Assembly: GCF_009914755.1 (NCBI RefSeq) | Contig: NC_060942.1 | Source of the DNA: the human T2T-CHM13v2.0 reference genome, Homo sapiens | Direction: 5' to 3' (one strand) | DNA length: 64,000 bases | Shown: positions 54,253 to 64,000 of the stretch, in pieces | Layout of the letters: each line of letters starts with the position of its first letter | Position numbering within the stretch: the first letter of the stretch is position 1 | Position numbers and translations under genes: made by a program | The notes under the pieces: generated by a model | Told to the model about the DNA's origin: nothing | Databases searched by the model: none | Seen by the model: only the letters and a program-made list of their open reading frames with translations

Positions 54253-55311
54253 ACTCATTATTGGAATGGCGTAAGGAGTTTGTTAATGGGTGTCCTTTTG
54301 TGAATATATAAAGCAAGAAAATCAACACACTGGTCATAGAGGAGACAAGTGCCCACAGAAAGAATCATGCGACACATCCTTATATGTCTTGGGAAAAATA
54401 AAATGGAGAAAGGGAACAGATGGCTCGCCTCCCACTGTCTGAGGCCAGACCATTTTGCTTCTCTGGGCAACACTATCCTTTCATCTCTAACTCAGTTTGC
54501 TTATTTATCCTGTAAAGGCGCCTTTGTGGATTGATGATGAAAATCACGATACTGACGCAGATGACCACTCCTTACATTCGCAGCCCTTGATGCTTTCCAG
54601 AGTTGTTTCACACTCATAAAATACAAGATTCTCTTTTGACTTTATTACCATTCTATGTAAAAGGCAAGGTAGGTTGTGTTTTTTTAACCAAAGAGATAAA
54701 GTTATTGGTTAAAAGAATTCTTAAGGAGAATAGCTTTGGAGCCCAGACTAGAACCTGGGTATGTAACATTGGTCTGTAACATTCATCTTCTCATCATATT
54801 GCAAGAAGGTAATGGCGGATCTTTGTCTACCAGTGGCCTAATAATCCTGTCACTGCATTGCTCCTTCCTTTGGTTTTCCTTCCTGGATTTTGGATGCCCA
54901 TCAGATCCTTCACTCAATGGTGCCACCTACCCTCACAGATGCACGCAAGAGAGTTTACTGAGTTGTACACTGAACAACTTTGTGCAGCTGCATGGAGACT
55001 CTCTTTGGAGTAAATAATATTATTTCATTCCAGCTGGCATAGGAGTATTAAAGTGGGAAGAGTTTTACCAAGTGCCTGCTATATACTTTAGCTCCTATTT
55101 TTACAAATCTACAAAGGAACGAGTGAGGCTTGCATAAAGAAATTGGATTTAGAGTGATGGAATCCCTTGCCTGGGGCCACGGATGATAATGGTTAAGCCA
55201 GGGTTTGAACCCAATTCTGCTTGTCTCTATATTTAACACCTTTTCTACTGAGCCACTTTGGCATTCTGGAGTCTAGTGGTCTCAGTGGGAGTCAAGGTAA
55301 GGATCTCTAGA

Positions 55312-55473
55312 GCAGTGACTCTTTTTGCAGACCCAGAGCTCTTTGAGGATGTGATATTTCAGCCATAGACCTGCTCCCTGGAAAAATGCACATTTACCCA
55401 ATATTTTGCATGAAATTTCAAGGGCTAGTGGACTGCAGAAGCTGCTCTGTAGTCTCCAGGTCAGGAACTCCTG
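55312..55473. mobile_element. MER117-like hAT-Charlie relic
   Basis: AAAATGCACAT..AATATTTTGCAT..AATTTCA core; flanks TCTCTAGAG and CCCTAGGG resemble the hAT target. Confidence 0.6.
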
Positions 55474-56546
55474 CCCTAGGGGAGGGTAAAATTCAGGAAA
55501 ATAGGGGCAGAGAAGTTTCAGTAGCTCACCGTGGCCACCTGGAAGGTCTCATTTTTAAAGCTCATCTCTGCTGGGGCTTAAAGGGTATGGGGGTTTGTCT
55601 TAACAAAAAAGGTTACTACCTAAAAGGCTGTTAAAACAGCAGGAGAGATGGCTGAGCCAGCTGCTGGGCAGAGTGGCAATCTGCTGTTCTCTCCAGCAAA
55701 TCCAGGCTCTGAAGAAGTACCAATCAGGGACACTAAAGTTTTGTTATTTCAGAGTATAAAATTTTTGGCAATAATGAGTCTTGGAGGTTTTATATGACTC
55801 ATGCACCTTCTCCTATCCCCCATTTTAGATTGGGTGTCTGAAAGTAGTCACCTTAATGTCCAGTTTTTCCTGTATGAGGCTAATGTCCCAAGGCTGTGTC
55901 AAGATGATGAAATACATCAAGTCGAAAAAAAAAAAAAAAAAAAACTGTGGAGAGAGCTTTTTAGGACATCTTCACATCTGACTTGGATCAATTTTTAAGA
56001 TGGCCGAGAAAAAAATATAAAGAGTCTACTGAGTCTAGACACAATTTCAGGAACAGATTTTAAATATGAATAAATTAGGCATTTCTATAGGGACTTCCAG
56101 TTACCTCTTTCTATAGTAGTATGTGGTTGCATCTTATTCATCCCAGCTTTCCCACTCTACTGTATCTCCCACTGCTGTTGGGCAAGCAGCCTCAGTTTTA
56201 TTCAGGTCCATTTTTCTACTCTGTCTCTGAAAAGGCCATCCCCCAATAAGCCAGCACTCCCTTGCCCTTCTGCCAATCAACCCACATCCATCCAGCATTG
56301 GAGGCAGGACAGGGCAGGAGCAACCTGTAGATTTGCTGTGTTTTCTCCTGTCTACCTCCCTGAGCTTTATTTACAATAGGAGATGATACTTCTTACCATG
56401 TAGAGTTATTAGAATTAAAGGAGATAATATATGTAAAGCAACTAGCATTAATGGCTGCTCTCAGCTTTTTCCTCAAGGCCAGAGCCAGTACTGCCTCCTT
56501 CAGAAGATCTTCCTCGAAGCTTAGCCCATAATTCTGGTTCTCCTTC

Positions 56547-56940
56547 TGCCTTAATCTGTTTGGACTACCATAACAAAATACCATACACTCGGTGGGTTAA
56601 GTAACAGAAATTCATTAAAAAATTTTTTTTGGAGGCTAGAAGTACCAGATTAAAATTCAGCATGGTTGGTTCCTGGTGAAGGCTCTCTTACTAGTTTGCA
56701 GGCAGCTGCCTTCTTGCTGTGTCCTCACAAGGCTTTTCCTGAGTTCCTGCGCACAGAAAGAAAGTGCCAGCCCTCTGCAGTCTCTTCTTATAAAGACACT
56801 AATCCTATCAGTTCAGGGTCACACCTTTATGACCTAATTTGATCTTAATTACTTCCTTACTCCAAATACAGCCATACTGGGGGTTAGGGCTTCGATATAG
56901 AAATTTTTTGGGACGGGGTACATACATTCAGTCTATGACA
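56547..56940 (-). mobile_element. MLT1A0/MLT1B-like MaLR solo LTR
   Basis: CCATAACAAAATACCATA...CTCTTCTTATAAAGACACTAATCCTAT...CATTCAGTCTATGACA. Confidence 0.85.
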
Positions 56941-57224
56941 CTCTCCAATGTATGAATTCCTTGGCACTTATAGCAAACACCCTCTCACATTTTTATATTG
57001 AAATATCTCCCTATGTCTCCCTGCATGAAAAATATATTTCCAGCTAAGACAGTAAGCCCCTGAGGACAGAGATCTGTTTTTCTTTTATATGCCTGATGAG
57101 CATGAGACAGGGCACTTTTTCAGCTTAGTAAATACTAGTTAATAAACTGGCTGGTTGCCTTACTGATATGAAGCCAATCAATTTGACCTTTGTTTTATGA
57201 AATTGTGGCGATGTCATGAGGGGA

Positions 57225-57598
57225 TGTATTATTCAGGATTGGCCAGAATATACATCAGTAACAAATAATTCCCAAATCTCAGTAATTTAACAGAACACAG
57301 TGTTATTTCTCCTCATGCTACCTAGTCATCCTAGGTCATTGGAGGGAGGAGGGGTTATTCCTTGTAGTCATTCAGGCACCCAGGAAGCCACCATCTGTTG
57401 GTTGCTGTGCTGGAGAGAAAACAGAGCACCATAAGCCTGACATCAGTAATTGAATGTTCACTGGCCACAATTTATTGGCCAGAACTAGCTCCACAATCCC
57501 GTCTAACTATTAGGGAGGAACAGGAAGGGCAATCCTACCATGTTTCCAGAAGGCAGAGAGCTGTAAATATTTGGTGACTATCAATGATGACCACCACA
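57225..57598 (-). mobile_element. Old MLT1J/K-like LTR
   Basis: CAGTAACAAATAATTCCCAAATCTCAGT and ATTGGCCAGAACTAG motifs. Confidence 0.6.
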
Positions 57599-57730
57599 GT
57601 TGAGAAAGAGATGATTAGTTTTTCAGGAAGTGGATAAGTTGACAATCATTTCATAATAATTATCTTTTCTACCACCAGCAGACTGGCTTCAAACTCTTTC
57701 TATCCCTTTTCCATGCAGAATCATCCAAGG

Positions 57731-58263
57731 TAGCAGTCCCCAAACTTTTGGGCACCAGAGAGCAGCTTCATGGAAGAAAATTTTTCCATGGACTGGGGGC
57801 AGGGAGGATGCTTTCAGGATGATTCAAGTGAATTACATTTTTGTGCACTTTATTTCTATTATTATTACATTGTAATATATAATGAAATAATTATACAACT
57901 CACCATAATGTAAAATCAATGGGAGCCCTGAGCTTGTTTTTTTTTTTTTTTTGCAATTAGATAGTCCCACCTGGGGGTGATGGGAGACAGTTGCAGATCA
58001 TTAGGCATTAGATTTTTGTAAGGAGGGCACAACAAAGATCCTTTGCATGTGCAGTTCACAGTAGGGTTCACGCTACTACAAGAATCTAATGCTGGCACTG
58101 ATCTGACAGGAGGCAGAGCGAAAGCGCTAATACGAGTGATGGGTAATGTCTGTACATACAGACGAAACTTTGCTCACTCACCCACCACTCACCTCCTGCT
58201 GTGCGGCCCAGTTCCTAATAGGCCACAGACAAGTACTGGTCCATGGTCCAGGGATTGGAACTA
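57731..58263 (+). mobile_element. MER1A hAT-Charlie MITE
   Basis: GCAGTCCCCAAACTTTTGGGCACCAG start, about 530 bp, GATCTGACAGGAGGCAGAGC; TSD-like ATCCAAGG/ATCCAATT; homologous to 22421-22646. Confidence 0.88.
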
Positions 58264-58398
58264 ATCCAATTTATTGAAGTCAAATAAAATATAAAGATGA
58301 ATCTCTAAATTTAAAATGTTTATCTTATTCTCCAGAATGTATGTGAGTGTGTGGTTGAAATGCTTACTAAATTTGGAGATGTATATAATAATGGCTGA

Positions 58399-58748
<350 letters not shown>

Positions 58749-60109
58749 CTTATTTTTTATTAAATGTGAGAAAACTGAAACTCAGCTGGGTTAACTGGGC
58801 TACTCAAGATTATACAACAAGTAAGTGGTAAGGCTAAGGGTAGACCCCTACTTGACTAGACCCCAAGTACCATGGCTTTTACCAGTAGTCCAGAGTGCTT
58901 TTTATGGAAGGTAGTAGTTCTCCCTGAAATCAGACACTGAGGAAGAAAGTAGAAGGATCCAAGAAGTTTCACATCATCTGTGAAGTCTATGTTGGTAAGC
59001 CAGAGTTACAGCTTGTTGGGTTTGGAGGGGACCTTACTTTCTATCTGATCCAGGGACTTGTACAGTGACCCTGAGACTATCCTAGGACAGGTTCCCTAGG
59101 GATAACTCCAGGGAGGGCTATAGGAAGGGCTTTGGTCAGAGTGGACAAGGACCTGGATCCCCCCTTTGTTTCCTCTCTCTCTGACTTATGTGTAGGGCTT
59201 CTTTGCAATATTTATTTTAGAAAACTTACATTATGCTACAGTAAGATTTGAAAATCCTCAATGTGTCTAACCATATAGACAGGCCATTGATGACTCTACA
59301 ACATTGTTTCCAAAACCCAAAGCCAGGCTTTATGGCTGAATTGATACCTGCCTGTGGATGGTGTGGTCCAGCCTCTTCCTTTCCACTTGAGGACTCTCCC
59401 CATGGCTCTTGATAGCTGCTGTGATAGCTGGATTTAGGACGCTATCCCTGCCTGTGGGGCTGTTTGAACCATCTTGTGGGCAGCCTGCTTTCTGATCCAG
59501 CTGTGAAGCTACCCAGTTGCATCAAGAACAGAAGTGCCCCTTCTCTGCTTGTGAGTCCAATCCTTGGCTTGTTTGAATCAATATATTATCCAAAGTAAAT
59601 GAGGAGAAATTGGAATATTTTGATCTACTGTGTCTTCAAAGAGGAATTAGAATAATTTGTCTACTGTGTCTCCAAAATCATAGAGTCCATAAATGCTTAG
59701 GGTCCTTTTCAAGTTGTTTTCCTTTTGTTCCTTTAAAAACAAAATCCTCTTTCTGTGCAGACTGAGGACTGATGAGCTGTCCCCAAACTGCAGCACTTAC
59801 TCCATGCAAATGTAGGACAATGACAAAGACCTTGATTACAGCTTCATTTGCTTTATGCAAGACTCCAGCAGCCAGTTAAAGCCACAGTAAACGTGAATAA
59901 TAGACTCCAGCAAGTGGTGGTGGGGCCAGTGGGGCTGGAGGAGGCTGGCTGTGTGATCTCACTCCTCCTTCCATTGAGCATCACTGGCTCCAGGCTGGGA
60001 AAGCAGCCCTCAGTGGCTCCATGGATGTTCTGTCCCCACACAGAACCTCTTTCCTTCCTGCTGCTTGGGGTCTGAATCACTAAGGTTGGTGTTTCATCCC
60101 TTAGGTTTT

Positions 60110-60198
60110 ATTTATTTTTTAATTTATTTTTTCAAATTGACAGATAAAATTGCATGTATTTACTGTGTACAACATAATGTTCTGAAGTATATACACAC
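60110..60198 (-). mobile_element. 89-bp L1MA-type extreme 3' end insertion
   Basis: TSD TCATCCCTTAGGTTTT (60094-60109)/TCATCTCTTAGGTTTT (60199-60214); T-rich tail then AATTGACAGATAAAATTG..TGTACAACATAATGTT. Confidence 0.8.
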
Positions 60199-60963
60199 TC
60201 ATCTCTTAGGTTTTGAGTTCAGACCTTGTTGAAATGCCTGTCTCACCAGGAGGGCTCCAGGGTCAAGCTATCGTCATGTGTCATCTCCTCTGTGAGAGAG
60301 ACGGTGTGAAAGCAGGTGTCCCCATGTAAGGAGCAGGAAGAGGGAGCGAGGAAACTAAGGGGTCAGGGCACGGGATAGGGATGAGGGCATGGAATGGGTG
60401 GGCTATGCAGGGTTAACTCCAAAAGTAGAAACTGATGAAAACTCTTTATTTGGGATCATCAGGTCCCACTCTTTCTTTCTTGCAGTGGGAGAACAGCAAG
60501 TAAGTCCCAACTCTTTTGTCACAATCTATTTGTGCTAAAAATAGGAACCTTCCTGAGTGAAGCCTGAGGGGGTAAAGAACAAGAAGGGCATATGCTCCTG
60601 AAATCCTCACCACCGAAGACATTAATTCATTAATTTAATTAAACACATGACCAAACAGCAGCCATACCACATATATCTTTCCTAATGAAAGTATCCAAAA
60701 CCCACTGCAAATTCTCCTGATTTATTAAATCAAATTATGCAATTCAATTGGTAGAGGCAAAAGCCCCCGAACAGGGAGGAGGGGCACTTCAGCTTTAAGA
60801 CTAGACCAGTCCAGCTAGGAAAATGTAAAAACTGGTTCATTAAGCTTAAAGTCAGAAAGACAGGGAGCTAGGCAAGAGCCTAGGGCTGAGGGCTGTACCA
60901 GCTTGCTGGTTACAGCTCCAGCCTGTTGACATAGCTGGCACAATACAGAAACTGGGAATGTTT

Positions 60964-60987
60964 TGTGTGTGTGTGTGTGTGTGTGTG
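60964..60987. repeat. (TG)12 microsatellite
   Basis: Read directly from sequence. Confidence 0.95.
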
Positions 60988-61924
60988 GTGTGTAAAGTAC
61001 ATACATTAATATGCACAAGTGAGTGGTGATAATGACAGTGGGGTGGCATGGTGTCAAAGGCTCCCTGACCCCCAAACACTGCCTCGTTTGTTTGTTTTTT
61101 TTTGCCACAGGCTTTACCAGTAAGCTTTCTAAGTTTGCCAGAAATAGAATTTAAGAAAAGGGTTGAGATTTATTTGCTATTCTGCTATCCAGATAGCAGG
61201 GCCTAGTGACTACAAGAAACTCTGTTGGGTACATAGGAGGTTCTTGACAAATGTTTCCAAGATGAGTGGTTTACCTAGTATCATCAATTAACACATCGCA
61301 GGTATTTCTTTGTCAATAGCTTGTCACTGATAAAAGCAAATTTATGGACTTGGAGTCTAGGTGAGGTGTTTTGAGAAAGAATAGGAGAGGGAGAACCTAA
61401 GCCACTTGCAAAAGAAATTATGTAAGGAGTGTGAGGCCAGGTGGCATAAGGAGAGAGCTGTGGCCTCAGAAAAGAGGGCCTGGAGACCTCATAAGCCTCC
61501 TTCCTTCAGTGCCTCTCACAGCTTCTGCAGCTTGGAATTCAGGAGTGGGCAAACAGGCCATCTGGTTTTTCCCTGGTTCCCTCTCCCTCCGGACCATGGG
61601 GAACATCTGTATTTTTGTATTAAATTTCAACAAGAAGCTGGCCTCTCTAACATGTCATGAATGCCTGCAGCCCTGAGTGCTGTGGGGTTTATAGAACTTT
61701 CTGAGCCATGGGATAACTGGGTGGCTGTGTCACAGGGCCCTGAAGCAGCTTCCTTGGCCTCTTCCAGCCCATACCTGATGTGGATTAACAATGCAATTCA
61801 CAAGCCACAGTCAGATCCCCCACTGGGTCCAGAGCAAATACTTCAGTTACAGCTCCAACTTACAAATGTTCAAGTTAGCTCAAAATAATTATAAAATAAT
61901 TATTTCTACAGCCTTATTATTATT

Positions 61925-62233
61925 ATTATTATTATTGGAGACAGGGTCTCACTCTGTCTCCCAGGCTGGAGTGCAGTGGCACAATCTTGGCTCACTGCAG
62001 CCTCTGCCTCCCAGGTTCAAGTGATTCTCTCACCTCAGCCTCTTGAGTAGCTGGGACTATAGGCATGCACCACCAGGCTCACGCCACCAGGCCCAGCTAA
62101 TTTTTGTATTTTTTGGTAGAGACAGTGTTTCACCATGTTGGCTAAGCTGGTCTCAAACTCCTGACCTCAAGTGATCCACCTGCCTTGGCCTCCCAAAATG
62201 CTGGGATTACGGGAGTGAGCCCCGTGCCTGGCT
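61925..62233 (-). mobile_element. AluSx/Sz-like SINE with (TTA)n tail and a small internal duplication (CCACCAGGC twice)
   Basis: Antisense dimer; TSD GCCTTATTATTATT/GCCTTTTTATTATT. Confidence 0.92.
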
Positions 62234-64000
62234 GCCTTTTTATTATTTCACTGTTGAGGCTCTGAATATTTCTGGAGTCCTGCTTACTGAGTACGTCCAT
62301 CTATGAAAACTTTCTTAAACACACCCTAGCTCTTTACTCCTAAACTTGTATTTCTGAGATCCATGTTTCTGAAAGAAGCATTTACTGGGGGAGGGGGTAT
62401 GTTCTGGCAACTCTATATGGTACAATTGATTATGCTTTTATGCTCACATCTTCTCAAGACCATGATTAGCCTTTTCTTCCTGACTTATCTTTCTCCTCAG
62501 ATACCCTTCATATTCTGAACATGATAAGAATTGAGAAACATCTGTTTCCCACACTTCCAAATCAGTCACAACACTAAGATTGGGCTTAGAGACCTAGAGC
62601 TTTCCATTATCTCTGTAAACTCTACATAAGGTTACTGCCAATTCAAATAAATTTTAAGTGAACACAGTTTTCTTGTGAGGCAATTGGAACTTCAAAATAG
62701 GACCCTCTAGTTTTTACTTCTAACTGGATTGCAACCCCCAACCCTTACTGTGGTTTCTGTTACCCTTTATTACGTTTCTTTATGGGTTTTGATGATATGC
62801 AAGATTATTCCTTCAAAAGATTATGACTATGTCCTTCAAAAGATGTGAGCATTTTCACTTGGATGAGGCTTTCTGTTTGATATTTCTGGTACATAAACAG
62901 GGATTGATTTTCTTTATAAATATTAGCAGGCATGCAACATAGAGCAGGCTCTGGGGGAGCAGACTCGGGACATGCATAGATGATGGGATGGGAGAGGGAG
63001 AAGGGAAAGGTGCTGAAGCAAGATGAGGTCATTTATAGCAGGAGTTTGCAAGAGGCTTGAGGGAAGGTTTAGCAGGGGATTCTGAGTGTCCACAGCAGGA
63101 TCAACAGAAGGCCAAGGCTAGCTCACTCTGGTGTCAGGGACTGAGCTTCATTAAGGGGTCTGCTGGGTTCTGCTGAGGATTCCCAGATGAGCAAGATGAG
63201 GTAAAACACAACCAGGAAGTTTCAGAGATGATAGACATCTTAGAGTTCACTTAGTCCTGAATCACACCACAACAACCAATGTCTAGTGATGGTCCAGGCT
63301 TTTCTCCAGTACTTCCCGGCATGTGGAAGGCTTTTCAGGGATAATTCACCAATTCCATTTTTTAACAATTTAGCATGGTAGAATCACCATCCCTGTATTT
63401 TTCCAGAAGAAACAGCTTCCCTATCCGCAGTAGTGGCAACATCCCCTCCCCAACCCATGCTGCCATCAGCCTTTCTAACTTTGTCTGAGGAGATAAACCC
63501 TGCATTGCCTGAGGCAACAGTGATGGCCTCCCATGAGGCAGTTGCCATGATGTGACTCCATGTGACTTCCATCCAGAGGCTCTTGTTCTGCTTTTGGAAC
63601 TGTACCCAGTAAGCCTGTGACCCTTCCCACAGGCAATGTCTTCAAATATTTTAATAAAAGCTCTTATTTCTCCAGGAAAATGGCCTGGATCTTCTTGCCA
63701 GCCTGAGTTCTGCCTGCACACCCTCCAGTCTCTCCCTGTCCCTCAGAATGGTTGCGAATTTTAATCAGCAGTTTTGTGGGGGGTAAAATGGGATCTCTTC
63801 TTATTTTAGCATATTTATGTCCTAGCAGTTTAAACCAAATGAAGTCATATATTTCTCATATTCTACTGGTGTAGAGCAATGTCTCTCTTAGATCCCATCT
63901 TTTTCTTATTGTTGAAATATCAAGAACTTCCTTTAGAAATGTGTTACACTACTCATTCATTCATTCATTTAACAAATACTCTTTGAGCAACAATTAGGTG

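Overview
Human non-coding DNA (intergenic or deep intronic). The species call rests on a human-specific L1. No host protein-coding gene, RNA gene or CRISPR array is recognisable; most long ORFs are LINE-1 pieces or by-products of Alu and simple repeats. The main structure (about 3.8-22 kb) is an ancient L1 remnant carrying nested insertions. One is a full-length L1HS pre-Ta (+, 7875-13923, perfect 14-bp TSD, intact ORF1 and ORF0, ORF2 broken by a single 2-bp deletion). About 800 bp away, tail-to-tail, is a full-length L1PA4-like element (-, 14741-21071) that keeps the ZNF93-target 5'UTR segment, has an extended ORF0-like frame, and contains a 149-bp 5'-inverted micro-L1 with its own 16-bp TSD. 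The remainder holds a twin-primed L1PA3, an L1MA with a large compound microsatellite, Alus, solo LTRs, hAT/mariner relics and L2/MIR. A few unique segments have enhancer-like or splice-site-like motifs. I found no convincing new biological system; the best leads are unusual retrotransposition products and the inverted L1 pair. Subfamily names come from recalled consensus diagnostics and need RepeatMasker/Dfam confirmation.
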